Assembly (NCBI RefSeq): GCF_009914755.1
Contig: NC_060935.1
Source of the DNA: the human T2T-CHM13v2.0 reference genome, Homo sapiens
Direction: 5' to 3' (one strand)
DNA length: 64,000 nt
A program made the position numbers and the translations under genes. Under the pieces are notes generated by a model. It had not been told where the DNA came from, did not search any database, and was given only the letters and a program-made list of their open reading frames with translations. This document shows, one piece after another, positions 47,618 to 63,120 of this stretch; position 1 is the first letter of the stretch, and every line of letters begins with the position of its first letter.

Positions 47618-48523
47618 AGAAGTGCCTGCTCTTGTTAGGGAAGTGTAGTACATATGCGTGTGGTAGTGGTGGGGCATATCACTTTATATTTATATACCTG
47701 GTTGTTTTTCACCTGCTGTTCTGCTCACATTATGCTATGTGTGAGGATTGAACATTTATTTGCTTGGTGAAGTCTAAGTGTTCAATGTATGTTTGCTGCT
47801 ATTGTTAATTCTTGCTGTTGTTACTGTTACTGTTGCAATTGTTCTTGGGGTCAGGCTTGTTAGCATTTTGGTCTAATAGCCCAGGTATGTCTCTCCACCC
47901 TAGTCCGCCCTCTGCTCTCTGCCTGTCCTCCACAGTGAGGTCATAAGCTCATGTGTCTGGCCTGGGCTTTTGCTAGTCAGCACCACCAAGTCTGAACGAG
48001 GCCTGGCAGGGCAGATCAAACAACTCTGGTTTGAATTAAGTGTGGTGATTTTATAGCAGGAATAAAGCAGGGAAGATAAGGGAGGAAATGTACCCAGCAA
48101 CCCTAAGCTCTTAAAAGTAGTTTGGGGAATAGGTAAGAACCACCACAGAAACTTGCAAACGATGAACAGATTTTTGTTTTGTGGAGAATGAAGAGGAAAT
48201 GCAGAACTCTATGGAAATTCTCCCCTACTCAGCTCCCCTCCTTCTCAGAAATAGTCAGGTATTCTCCTCTGGGTGATATAGAAGTTCAGCCTTTCCTTGA
48301 CTTTCAGATCTGTGGGGTATCACTGTCTCTTTCTCTCCCTTTCAGCAGCTGGGATCTGGCCTGCAGCCTTAAAGAAAGGTGACCGGTTACATTAATCAGA
48401 AATATAACCTATCAATGGCGTTTCAAAACTGGCTGGATCACATTCATAGCTGTCCTCAAATGCTTAGCACCCCTAGAAAACTAGGACTAGTCAACAAATC
48501 CCAGAGACCTTCCCCTAAATAAA

Positions 48524-48825
48524 CTTTATTATTATTATTATTTGAGACAGGGTCTCTGTTACCCAGGATGAAGCGTAGTGGCATAATCACAGCTCATTGC
48601 AGCCTCGACCTCCTGGGCTCCAGCAATCCTCCTACCTTAGCCTCCCGAGGAGCTGAGATCACAGGTGCACACCACCACACTTGGCTAATTTTTTATTGTA
48701 TTTTTTCTAGAGGTGGGGTTTTGCCATGTTGCTCAGGCTGGTCTCAAACTCCTGGGCTCAAGCAATCTGCCTGCCTCGGCCTCTCAAAGTGCCAGGATTA
48801 TAGGCATGAGCCATTACGCCTGGCC
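48524..48825 (-). mobile_element. Alu (AluJ-like)
   Basis: Diverged reverse Alu. Confidence 0.92.
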
Positions 48826-49613
48826 TAAATGAAAAAGAAAATCTCTGCTAAATGTAAAGTAAGGCTCTGGAATAATTGCTTTCCTGGGTGCCCTGCCTAA
48901 GTACAAAGAGGACAGAAGTGTACCCACCGTTCAGCGCTTGGAGGCTTCTCGCCATGAAATCCCCAAGGGCCCTGAGAGTCAATGAGGAACGTGATCAAGT
49001 GGAACAGGGAGAAGCAAGCTGAATACAAAATGAAGATTTTCTGAATTCAATAACCCATCTGATCCTAGCTGATAAAGTACCTGCACTCTGCAGGGCGGAG
49101 GGCTGTGTACTGCCTCCTGAATAATAAACACAGAAGGTCCCAACCGCTGATCACGGTGTAATTCAATGAGGGGTCTCTGAAGAGGACATGTCAGCACACA
49201 CTGCAGTGCAGGGCTCTGAAAAGGCAGCGGAATCCCCAGATAGAGTTACTCCTCGGGATGTTGTCTAGAAACACACAGCTACCTCCTTCAAAGGATAAAT
49301 TGTATTGATAAGGGATTAATAGTTTTTCTTAAATGGACATTTGGTCTGGGATAGCACCATTGGAAGAATTCTGAAACGCTTATCTCACAGGTTTTCTTAA
49401 AGCATCCAATCGGTACCCCTCATTTTACAGATGTGAATATGGAAGCCCATGGAGACTAAGTGTCCTGCCCAGGGTCATGCAAAAGGTGAGGGCAGAGCTG
49501 AGGGCAAACTGAGACTCCATTTCCATTCCAGGCTTTCTTCCACCCTACTGTACAGCCACACGTCCTTGTCCTGTGGGGTGTATAGCTTTCTCCCATCTAA
49601 ATGACACTTTCTA

Positions 49614-49892
<279 letters not shown>

Positions 49893-52800
49893 TCAATCAC
49901 GCTCACCTAGGTTTAATAACCTAGAAAATTTTATAGAGAAAGGATATAAGTTAATATAAAAAACAGAAATGCTGCTAGAGTGACTGATGTATCAGCTTGA
50001 GTACACAGTGTCACAGCTGTGGACAGGAAAGATCCAGGCTTACCACAAAGACAAATATATGGACACATCCTTGCTTGACAAAACTATTTACAATGGGATT
50101 CTACAAGGTAGTCTGTTTTTTTCATACATTTGAAAGAAAATTTAACTTATAGAAATCCTCCTATTTACCAACATTTTCAGGTTTACTCCAATTGCATTAT
50201 ATAAAAAAGTACTTTTTTTTTTTTTGCCTGATTTTTACTTCTGAGGAAACAAGGGGGTGATAACAAGGATTACAAAAGACAATGATTGGCTTCCCACCTT
50301 ATAAATTAATAGAAAGATAAGAACAGAATTATAAACCCCAGAAGGGAAGAGGCCTTAAGAAAACCTGATGCTGACTTAGCTATAATGAGTTAATCCACTT
50401 AGATCTCATGCAATAATGGGCATTATAGTAAATTTATAATTATCACCATTTTTACTCTTTTAAAAAACGCTATCACACATTTTCCTCTGGCTTCCCCCAC
50501 CCAAGGCATAGCCAGTTTCACAGTTTGGTGAATAAGCTGTATTCTTCTGGCTTTTAAAAAACATCACAGTGCTATCTCTGTACCACCCCCCAAATTAAAT
50601 CAGACTTGTTGCAACACAGCTGCAGCTTGTGGCTGCCAGCATTTCTGGAGGACAGCAGGACCTCCAACTTGGCAGGGTGGGGTGCTGGTTTTCATAGAGG
50701 CCTTCCAGCCCTGAAATGCCACCATACCCCTGGTACAGTGAGTCCAGCACCCAACAAGAAAACAACACCGACTCACATCCTTGTGTGGAAAAGGTGGGAG
50801 GCAACCATTCTTGCAACAGTTCTTTGATAGAGAAATAAATGATGTCCAGAGATGCAACAGGTTTGATGCTTGCACTCTCAGTAAATGGTGGCCTCAGTTA
50901 GGTCCAACCTTGGGATTTGGATCCTCTAAGAAATGCAAAGACACTTCTAGCAAGTCCTCTTTCCTCAATACTTTTGTCATCTGTTTTTGGCAGCTAGTAT
51001 TCCTTTAGCAATTTAAGGGGCTTGGACTCTCATGATTTCCAATCTGGGTACCTCCCCTGCAGACGAGGAAACCTAAGGCTCAGATGTAAAGGAACCCGCT
51101 TGAGGTCATGCTGCTACATCAGATCCAGGACTTAGACCTCAATCTGCCTTCAAGGGACTCAGATCCAGCGGAACTAGACAAGACAAAGGAGGGGCTAGAA
51201 ACACAGTCCTGTTGCAACAAAGCAAATAGGGATGCATAGCTAGGCTGTGGGTATCGTCCAATTACACCTCCAGCAACAATCAAATCTATCGCCAGCCCAC
51301 CCCCACAATCTTTCCCCAGTGGATTTTTCTTCCTCCATTAGCCTTGATAAATTACAAGGCCCCACAGCAGGGACTGTTTCTTCCTCTCAGCTTTGTTTAG
51401 AGCATTGTCCTAGCAAAGCTCAAATAAAGGGCCATTATTAACAGTGACAATAATGCAATACTGTTTTCTCAAGGGCTTCCACCAGAGCTTGCCAGGTCAA
51501 CACCATCCTACTTCCTGCCACCTCTTGTGGGCGATTGTCACCTGCAAACCCTCAGGTGCCCAGGAGGTCAGTACCCAGCACTGCGCTCTACTTTGAGCTG
51601 CCTAAACACTGCCCTGGAAATTGGACAAAGGAGAAGGACCCGGCAAAACATGTCATCATGCCAGGAAAGGTCTAATAGGGCAGCCACAGGAGACGAAATC
51701 AGGCCAGGGAGATAATGGGCCCCAGATTTGTTTTGAACTGAGCTCACTCACAGCCCAGGGCCCTGATGCTAAAGGACTCCGGAGGCCGGTTTAGCATCAG
51801 AAATGCTTTGGTGGTAGCTCTGGTTTTCATTAGGTCCTTTGGGCCTTGGATACACTGAGGTTAAGGGTCCATCTCTCAAGAAATGCTGCTTTTGGTGGGG
51901 GTTGGGGGGACACAGAGAGGAGCCATGGAGTGTTTGGTCTTACGTGTGAGAGTCCATATGTGTGCATGCGCTTGCATGAGGGCCACACTCCCCCTTCACA
52001 TTCCCTAACTTTAGGTTCTGGTTAGAAATTCATTAACAAAGGCTCTGTGGGGGAAATAAAATCGGCTTTTTATTGCAACAAAAGCAACCAGCAGGATAAG
52101 GCAGGGTGGATGGAGAGAGGAGGTGTGGTTTAAACATAAGTTCTTTTGCAGGTTCTCAGCTTTTAATTAGCACACCTGAGTGCAGACCCCTCCCTCATGC
52201 TTATAAACACAGGTCTGCTCAGGCTTTCCTTTTATTGTCACTTGTCACAGGCCCAGGTAGCCAAAGCTTATCTGGATTGGAAGTGCTAGGCTCTTCCCTG
52301 AGGCTCTCCTGCAGGTGGCTGACTCATTCTTGCAGAGGCTGGGAAGCCAGCCAGGTGCAGCAGTGGGTTAAGAGTTTCCATTACCAGCCCAGGGACTCAT
52401 TCCCTAGGCATGTTGTAGGCACCCTCTGGGGACAGAGCTCAATTCTAGGCACAGTAGGGAAACAAGGATGAATGGGCTGACCTACCCCCAGGAGCCCTAT
52501 CTCCTAGCCCACAAAGTGACACACGACACACATCAGGCATGCGCAAGACACTGTCCTCAGGCCCGACCCCAGTCCCCCACTGGTATCTGCCATGGAGGTT
52601 GCAATTTGTGGCACGGGAGGGAGAACATAAACCCATCTGCTAACAAGGCTGGTGTGTGTGAGTACTGCAGGCCCAGACGGTTCTCCTTAACATGCTGACG
52701 TCTTTATGGAGTCTGACGTTTGGCTGGCTTTGCTCTGTGAGATCAGTGGTCTTCCAGGGTAAGTTTCCCAATGTTTTCTCTAAGGGAAGTAACACAGGCC

Positions 52801-54095
52801 TTCTTACTAGGCTTCTCCAGCAGGAGAAAAAGGGCGAGAGTTTTAGGGCCATCAGGAGAGTCTCCAAACACATCTGATCTTCTAGAAGCAGCTTGGAGGG
52901 AAGCCCTGAATAGGGAGTATAGTGAGCAGTCTCGAGGCCGAGAGTTCAAAGCAGGGTTTCCCTAGCTCTCTCGGCCTCAGTTTCTTCCTCTGTGAGATGG
53001 GCTCTTCAATTCACACCATCCCTAGGATTCAATGGCAGCACATCAGGCACATGGCGATGTGTCTCTGTGCTGTGGACAGGAAGAACGGTCAGAGGTCTGG
53101 ATACAGCCAGTGTTTCTGCCATAACACAGAGGAAGCAAGAGCAGACCAATGCCTTTGGAAATGTTGCTTCATGGCCCAGATCCATGGGAATTTGCCCAGC
53201 TACTCGAGGGAGACCTTTCAAACTTGCTCAGAAAATCTGATTTTCTTTGACTTTTTGCTGCCAGCAATTTAGCTGAGTTGGGTGGTTACTTTGTCTACCT
53301 TTTTCTTTCAGTTTTCTCCCAAGCTGATCAAAGAAGCCCAAACGGAGACTCAAAGCCAATATAATAGTCAACTACAATGCTCTCCCTGTTCTGGGACCAG
53401 TGGTGGGTGGCATGGACTGGCCACACTTCAATCCCTCCTGGGACATTAAACTGTTCGAAGCGTGTCCCACAGCTAGTCCAGGGTGAATGCCACATTTCTG
53501 CTGGCCCGAGCCTGTAATGCCTGCTGGCCCTGGCCAGACCCCTCCTCATCCCGACCCCACTTCCTCATCCTCGGAACAGGGGCTTGGCTTCATTCTCCTC
53601 TAAAACTTTGAGCTCAAAGATTTCACAATATCTCTCCTATTCAATGTCCTTGGTCACCAAAATGAGGGATCTGAATCAGCATGGAGGACAGGGAAAGGGG
53701 AGATGTGCATTGCAGAACCATTTCTTTCACTATCAACTCAGGATTTTACCAAGTCCTCTCACTTCCTCGTGACTCAGTCGCTTCATTTGAAAAAAGCAAA
53801 GGAAAGGGCAATCTGGTCTATCCTTCCTAAGGAAGATGCAGGGATACAAGGAAAAATAGAACCGAAGCAACAAGTTCCAGAGGCAGGTTGAGTCCTTGAA
53901 GCCTGAGCATATAAGACAACTCACAAACACCCAGGCCCTTTCACCGGCCTAGCTGGGGGAGAGGATGGGTGGAGAAAGGCCCACCAGCATTGGTGCAATG
54001 TCACTGAAGCAGCTACCCTCAATGGGGTGAGTACCTTGCGGACACCATGGCAGTTCTCAGCCCAAGAGCTGATGCTCTTAAAACCCATCAGAATT

Positions 54096-54403
54096 GGCTG
54101 GGCGTGGTGGCTCATGCCTGTAATCCCAGCACTTTGGGAGGCCAAGGTGGGCAAATCACCTGAGGCTGGGAGTTTCAGACCAGTCTGATCAACATGGAGA
54201 AACCTCATCTCTACTAAAAATACAAAATTAGCCAGGCGTGGCGGTACATGCCTGTAATCCCAGCTACTTGGGAGGCTGAGACGAGAATCGCTTGAACCCG
54301 GGAGGTGGAGGTTGCGGTGAGCCGAGATCATGCCATTGCACTCCAGCCTGGGCAACAAGAGCAAAACTCTGTCTCAAGAAAAAAAAAAAAAAAAAAAAAA
54401 AAA
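54096..54403 (+). mobile_element. AluSp-like
   Basis: CTGATCAACATGGAGAAACC; long A tail. Confidence 0.93.
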
Positions 54404-55101
<698 letters not shown>

Positions 55102-55575
55102 TCTACTTATATGACTCTAAAGAAGTCACATCCCTGGCCTGGGCCTTAGTTTCCTCATCCGTGAGCAGAGCTGGCCGATCAGACCAATCCCTGCCAGCCC
55201 TGACACTATGCACTCCTCCAGCAAGCAGGAAAACAGTAGTGTGTCTTGTTATTTCTGAGCAAAGGCCTTAATTGTTCTCTACAGCATGAACTCCTCTATC
55301 TAAAAACCACAACATCTCCTCTCCTCTCCCTCCCCTGCCACCCCCTTCCTCCGAGATCCACAAGACTGTTACAGAACATTCATTTATTTTTCTTCGGTGC
55401 TTGGGCTGAAAACTCTGATGACTAAGCCATTGAATTTTAATACGCTACTGTGCTCCTTGGAGGGTTTCTTCATTTCCCAGATCCCCCTCCCCCACCCCCT
55501 GTGCCCTCTGTAGACATGTGGTAGTCGTTAGGAACAGTTTGATGAAGTTTAGGTTTTCAGAGTAGAGGAGAGATG

Positions 55576-55890
55576 GGGGCCAGTGGGTGGGAGGGGAGGG
55601 AGAGGCGGGGGAGGTATGATAAATGGACACAACAGTCCAGAGGCCACTCAGAAAATAAACATAAAGCTCCTTTTGAGTGAGCCCACTAAAAACAAATTCC
55701 CCAAAAGCTTTTTCCTTTTTGTGGGGTGGTAGGGGAGGGAGGGGCGGGGCGGGGAGGAAGTGCTGGTGGAGGTAGGAGAGGAAAATTCTCTCAATGTAAA
55801 TGGACTCTGTTCAGAGAAAGAAACAATTCTCTTTATTGGCAGCAGCAGACGTGCACGTCGGATGCTGCCAGCCATGTGTCACGACGGCCA
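55576..55890. promoter_or_regulatory. Putative promoter/enhancer: G-tracts, GC boxes, ETS site, palindromic double HRE
   Basis: GGGGCGGGGCGGGG 55741-55754, GAGGAAGTG 55754-55762, GACGTGCACGTC 55848-55859. Confidence 0.45.
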
Positions 55891-56655
55891 AGTACTCTGT
55901 AGCTGAGGCCAGGCATTCAAATTCTGGGTGCTCGAGAGGCGGCAGCCCTCAGAAGAGCAAGCCAATGCTGGTGGAATTCCATGGAGAAACCTGGGTCACC
56001 ACGGCAGACAGGGACAGACTCAACTGGCCAGGAACACCCCACTGGGGCTCAGTCTTGCTGACTTTCTGAAGGTCCCTGGCATTCTCTTTCCTGGACCCCA
56101 ACCCTGGCCTCTTCCCCATCCTGACGGCATCACTCCCTGCCCCCATCCCACATTTCCATCCCCGTAGTTGAGAAACCCTAAACCTGGGCCCTGAATACAT
56201 GTCTGCATGTTTGAAAATACTTGTAACACAGAGAAAAGGCAATATTTGAAACAAAAAAAATCCTAGACTTTGAATGGTAAGATTTCACTTGCAACCTGAG
56301 TTTCTTCTCCAGTGGGTGAGTTGAAGGTTTGAAAAGGAATCACCCTAGTGGGGGAAAGTGCATCATCTCCAGTTTTTGGTGTGGATTTCGTTTATGTTTG
56401 TTACACAAGGACTTGGCCAACCAGGTGCTATCTGAGAAGGAAGTATCAGTGTTCTTATGCTTTCCAGGAGGACATTGGAGACTTCCCTTATTAAATTGCC
56501 TTGCACACGGGGGTTTTTTGGGGTACCTCCCCAAGGATCTCTTAAGCACATTCTTCAGATACACTGTAAATGCTAAGAAAATGAGAGTTCACTCCTCTTC
56601 AATTTTTATTATAAATAATGCACAAATGTATGTAAAACATGCTCCCTATTTTAAG

Positions 56656-56960
56656 ATTTCTTTTTTAGACAGGGTCTGGCTCTGTTGCCCAGGCTGGAGT
56701 GCAGTGGCTTGATCTCGGCTCACTACAACCTCTGCTTCCCGGGCTGAAGTGATTCTCCAGCCTCAGCCTCCTGAGTAGCTGGGACTATAGGCGCCAGCCA
56801 CCATGCTCGGCTAACTTTTTAATTTTTTTTGGAGAAACAGGTTTTCTCCATGTTGCCCAGGCTGGTCTTGAACTCTTGGGCTCAAAGTGATCCACCTGTC
56901 TTGGGTTCTCTTGGATTATCAAAGTGTTGGGATTACAGGCTTGAGCCACTGTGTCTGGCC
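56656..56960 (-). mobile_element. Alu (AluJ-like)
   Basis: Reverse Alu with small left-arm insertion. Confidence 0.92.
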
Positions 56961-57326
56961 TGATGTTTTTCTTGTACATATTTAAGAAGTCAAGTAAATA
57001 AGTTCAGATGCTCACAGTAGAAAAATAACTACCTCAGAGCTCCTGGAATGAGGAACACGAAGCAGAAGATGCCATCAGTCTGAGAACCCACTCTCTCCTC
57101 TTAGTGGATGCTAGGGATGGGGACAGGACGGCTGACATTTCCCAGATCATCCACTGCAGCAGCGTGGAATCAGAGGGCCTGGGTTTGATTCCTGCTCTGC
57201 CACTAGCCAAAACCTCAGGCAGTCATTGGAACTTGCCGTGCCTTTACTGCCTTATTTGTAGAACAGGGATAATGACAGGTACTGGAAGGGTATTGGAATG
57301 CTGCACCGGCAGGGTGGGCCAGCCAC

Positions 57327-57750
57327 TGCGTGAGTTTCCTGGGGCTTCTGTAACAAAGTACCATGAACTGGGAGGCTTTAAACAGCAGAACTTTATTCTG
57401 CTACACTCCTGGAGGCAAGAAGTCTGAAATCAAGGTGTCGGCAGGGCCCTGTTTCCTCTGGGACCCTGGTAAGTTTTCCGTTGCCTCCTCCCAGCTTCCT
57501 CGTCTGCTAGACACAGCCCTCCACATCCCATGCATCCTCCACGTGTGCCTCACCCTGTATTCAGATGCCCCTCTTACTCTAAGGACACCAGGCATGTTGG
57601 ATGGGGGACCCACCCTACCCAGTGGGGCCTCATCTTAGCTAACTACATCCACACCTACTTATTTCCAAATAAAGTGACATTCCGAGGTCCTAGGGGTTAA
57701 GACTTCAACATATCTTCTGGGGGACATGATTCAGCGCTGATGCCCCCCAC
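57327..57750 (-). mobile_element. MaLR LTR (MLT1B/C-like)
   Basis: CTGTAACAAAGTACCA...GAAGTCTGAAATCAAGGTGTCGGCAGGGC...ATTTCCAAATAAAGTGACATTC. Confidence 0.88.
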
Positions 57751-58189
57751 AGCCTTATCAGAACAGCAGTTGCCCTTTGTGTTTCTTGCCAGTTTGTGGC
57801 CAAGGAGAGGAAGCACCACTGACCAGGCCCCTGGGGTAGTGAACACGATGGAGAAATGCCCACTGTGACAGGAACAGCCCCTTCTCTTTTTGTGGTTGTT
57901 GCTAAAAGGGGGATTGGTTTTACAAACGAATGCTGTGGTTTTCATCGGGAAGTGCCTCTAAGCTGGAGCTCAGAGGATGGAAGCACTCGATAGGAATTAA
58001 ACTGGGAGAAATTCCTGGCTCTGTTGTTTAGGGCAGATTTGCTGTGGTCACAGCAGATTTGCTTCTGTGAGATCTGAAGATATTCCTTGCTTGGGCCACC
58101 CATTTGCAGTAGCACCTACTTCTGGGTGGCAGAAGAAACAAAGGAAAAGAAGGGAGGGGATTCAGCCTCTGCCCCTCCATGACCTAGGC

Positions 58190-58499
58190 CACAGCTTGGT
58201 AAGCTTTCTCTAAGGGTCAGGTAGCAAATACTTTATGCTTTGTGGACCATGTGGTCTCTCTCACAACTCCCCACCTCGTCTGTTGTAGAGCAAGAGCAGC
58301 CACAGACAACTTGCAACCAAATGGTAAGGCTGTGTCCCAACGAGCCTTCATGTGTGGACAGAGAAATTTGAACTTCACACAAATGCCATGTGCCATGGAA
58401 CATCATTTGTCTTTTGATTATCTTTCAACCATTTCAAAATATAAAAACCATTTGCAGTGGATGGGATTTGGCCCACTGGCCCTAGCTTGTCAACTCCTG
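58190..58499 (+). mobile_element. MER58B-like (hAT-Charlie)
   Basis: AAGGGTCAGGTAGCAAATACTTT...GCAGCCACAGACAA...GATTTGGCCC...CAACTCCTG. Confidence 0.8.
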
Positions 58500-58589
58500 A
58501 TTTCCACACTCAGAGAGGTTGTGTGTGCTTCCACAGCCTACCATAGCTGTCACACCACCTAATTTTTCAATACAACTCCACAGTTCATA

Positions 58590-58770
58590 ACATTTTCATA
58601 CAATCACGTGACTCGATCCTCTCATCCACCCTGTTGGTAGGCACAGTGGACATTATCCCCATTTTACAGATAAGAAAATCAAACAAGTCAAATGTCCACT
58701 TAGCAAGTGGTACAGCCAGACTGAAACTTACGTCTTCTGGCTCCTTATCTGGTGACCCATCAGCCAGAAA
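58590..58770 (-). mobile_element. MIR SINE
   Basis: ATTATCCCCATTTTACAGATAAGAAAA. Confidence 0.7.
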
Positions 58771-59030
58771 CACTCCAGACCAGCCCTTTTCTCATGGATG
58801 CTTCATGCACGGATGCACAACGATCCAAGTCAGCATGTAGTTCCCCCAATGGCTCTTTCAGAAATCCTGCCGCAGTCAGGGTGTTGATGCAGGGCTGAGA
58901 ATTCTCCTCTAGAATCCTAGCTCCCCGACCAAGAGGACTAGATGTAACACTGGCCTCAGAAGGGTGGGTGGGCAGCTTCCTGCATGGTTTCAGGATCAAA
59001 CATAGCCCACGTATCTTTGAAAACATCTAA

Positions 59031-59356
<326 letters not shown>

Positions 59357-60173
59357 TGAGGGCTTTCCTTCCTCCACCTCAGAGGTTGACAACCAGATGC
59401 TCTTGGGGACCAGGCATGCAAGGTAAACAAGTGGAGTTTGGGGGGTGGGAACAGCATTTGCCTATCTAGAGGGGGCAGATGCTATTCAGCTCTAGCCAGC
59501 TGTTGCCAGATCAGGGACTCTCCCAAGTTTTAGATGATAGCATATCGTCAAGTTTTGGGTTTTCTTCGTTTTTTTAAAGAGTGCTAGGTTGAAAGATGTC
59601 CCTAGGCTACTGTGTGACGCCTTTTGCCCTGAGGGCTGCCTCTTGACTTTAGGCAGCTGATACCTTGTACTACATACCTAAAGTTGATTCTCTTTCCTGA
59701 AAACACTCATTTACTAGCAGCCAGAGGTGGGGATGGGTGGGTTTTTGATGGAGATGAGACAGGGAGTAACAAGCAGCCACATGACCCTGGATAAAGCTGT
59801 ATAGGGACGGGTGATGGCGGGGAAGTGCAGGAAGCTCGGCTTTTAGAAGTAGATGATGAACACTGAATTATTCAAGACAGGTCCAGCCCAGGGCAGAAAT
59901 AGAAAATAAGTCCTTGCCATGTCCTGATTCAGACTAAATTGAACTTGATGACACCCTTTCACAAGACACCTTTGATGGAAATGAAGATAATAATCACTGA
60001 TGCCATCCAACATGGTGATTGATAATGCTCCCTCTTTCAAACCCTCACTGTGTCCTTGAGTCCCAGGAAGGTGCCTGGCTTGGGTCCAACCATCCAGACT
60101 CTGGCTCCAGGGGAGGGAGCTCTGAGGTAGGAGGGTACTTCCTCTGGGTTCATATGCTAAATACATACAACTA

Positions 60174-60451
60174 GGCCAGGAGTGGTGGCTCATGCCTGTA
60201 ATCCCAGCACTTTGGAAGGCCAAGATGGGAGGATTGCTTGAGCTCAGGAGTTTGAGACTACCCTGGGCAACACAGGGAGACTCCACCTCTACAAAAAATA
60301 ATTAGCTGGGTATGGTGGCACACACCTGTGGTCCCAGCTTCTTGGGAGGCTGAGGTAGGAGGATTGCTTGGGCCCAGAAGGTTGAGGCTGAATGAGCTGT
60401 GATTGTGCCACTGCACTCCAGCTTAGGCGACAGAGTGAGACCCTATCTCAA
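60174..60451 (+). mobile_element. Alu (AluJ-like)
   Basis: Alu consensus; TSD AAATACATACAACT. Confidence 0.93.
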
Positions 60452-60499
60452 ATACATACATACATACATACATACATACATACATACATACATACATAC
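60452..60499. repeat. (ATAC)12 tetranucleotide microsatellite
   Basis: Perfect run read directly. Confidence 0.97.
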
Positions 60500-60804
60500 A
60501 ACTTGCCTTTGGAACCATGGAAGTCACTGTTCCCCAACTATATGCTCCTTGATGGTGGAAACATGTTGTACTTGTCCTTATATCCCTAGCATCCTGTGAG
60601 CCAAACCAGCAGAGGCTTGGACTGGCTAATGCTAGACTGTGTATGGCACCTAGCAGGGCTCTGTGCTTGCCAAGCAAACACATGGAAATCAACATTTACA
60701 GAACATCCATATACCAGGTGCTTTTTCTGATTTGATGTTTATAATAAATCTAGGTGGGTACTACCCAGTGGTCATACTACTTCTTATTGATGGTATCCAA
60801 CTTA

Positions 60805-60950
60805 TTAACCTTGCCAACCCTCAGTTTCCTCATCTGTAACTAAAGATAATGATAGTACCCACATCTTATTGGGTTGCTGTTAGGAGTAAATAAAATAATA
60901 AATGTTAAATGTTTATCACAGTGCTTGGCATACAATAAGAATTCAATACA
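60805..60950 (+). mobile_element. MIR SINE
   Basis: CCTCAGTTTCCTCATCTGTAA...ACAGTGCTTGGCATAC. Confidence 0.85.
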
Positions 60951-61142
60951 CTGTTGATTGTGGTTTGCTTTTGTTCTGACCTCTTATTTGGAAATAATTA
61001 TAGAGTCACAGGAAGCTGCAAAAAAAAAAAAAAAAAAAGAATACAGAAAGGTCCTGTGTATTCTTTGCTCACTTTCCCCAGATGGTTAAATCTCACACAA
61101 TTAGAGTATAATAGCAAAACTAAAAAACCATACACATTGGCA

Positions 61143-61497
<355 letters not shown>

Positions 61498-61559
61498 TCA
61501 TTTTATCGTATATATGGTTTATTTCTATAACAACTTGATAACTATCATGAGACGCAGTT

Positions 61560-61800
61560 CAGAGCTGTGGTTAAGTGTACAGCCTCTAATTCCAGACTGT
61601 CTGAGTTCTAAAGTTGGCATGGCCACTACTAGCTGTGTGACCTTAAGCAAATTACATAACTGCTCTGTGCCCTAGTCCCCTAATCTGTAAAAGGGAAACA
61701 ACAATAATAGCGTTTCTTAAAGGCTAGGAAGATTAAATAACTTAATATATATAAAGTACTTAAACCGTCCTGACATTTAGCAAACATTCCATGATTTTTA
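61560..61800 (+). mobile_element. MIR SINE
   Basis: GTGGTTAAG...CCACTACTAGCTGTGTGACCTTAAGCAAATTAC. Confidence 0.85.
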
Positions 61801-62587
61801 GCTTTTTTTAAATTAAAAAAATTTTTTTAAATTTTTTGTTATAATTATGTTTACTATTTTTACTATTCCTGGGTCCCAGAAAGGGAGGGGAGTGAGGAAA
61901 ATCTTGGCCTGACTTCCGCCACAGGGCTCAGGCCTTCTTTTCCTTTGGTTAATGGTTGTGATGCTTTATGGAAGTGAGCCAAGGATACACCAGGGGTCTA
62001 CTTTTGTTGCTTTGTTTTGGAATAAACCCATGTTACAATTTTGAGAGAAAACTCCAGGCTGTCCAGGCCTGCTCTTGCAAGGCCCGGGGTCTCTCTGTTG
62101 GGGAACCTCGACCGACTCCAGGTTTGCTGCTTCAGAGAGTAAGCTGGCAGGGGATGCAGAAGGGATACAGTGGGCTGGTTCTACTCACTTCTCCACTGGA
62201 CGAAGCCAGCATTTGACCCCAGACAACAGCATCCCCAGGCATTCTGTCTTCTGCTTAAAGACTCCTCCTCCATCTGAACTGTGGCCCCTTGATGGGCTTC
62301 ATGGCTGAGTAACACTGGCAGACCTCCGAGGAGAGGGATGGAACAGGGCCTGATCTGACAACAGCCTCCCAGAGAGAAGTGACGGTGGCTACACAGTCTG
62401 GCTTCAAGGTCAAAGTTCCTAAAACCTTGCATCCCTTTATGCACTAGTACTGGGGCAACGATCTAGAAAAGTGAAAGGAACTCAGACACCTTTGACTGCA
62501 TCATGGGCATCACTCTAAAGCAGGCTGGAGGGAAGGAATAACAATAATTATAACAAGTGAGACCCTGCCTCAAAAATAATGATATTT

Positions 62588-62907
<320 letters not shown>

Positions 62908-62914
62908 TATTTAA

Positions 62915-63120
62915 CTATGATAACAGCTACCAGTTACTAAGGACTTACTTTGCGTGGAAGTGCACTCGAGTCTTAGACTAATTCATGATGTGGCACTATC
63001 ACCCTTTCTTACAATAAGTAAAAGAACAGAAGATGACAGAAGCCAAGGTCACAGCTAGTAAGCCACAGAGCCAGGATTCAAACCCAGGCTGACGGGCCTC
63101 CATTTTGGAGCTCTAAACCA
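62915..63120 (-). mobile_element. MIR SINE
   Basis: CCAAGGTCACAGCTAGTAAG...GAGCCAGGATTCAAACCCAGG. Confidence 0.8.
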
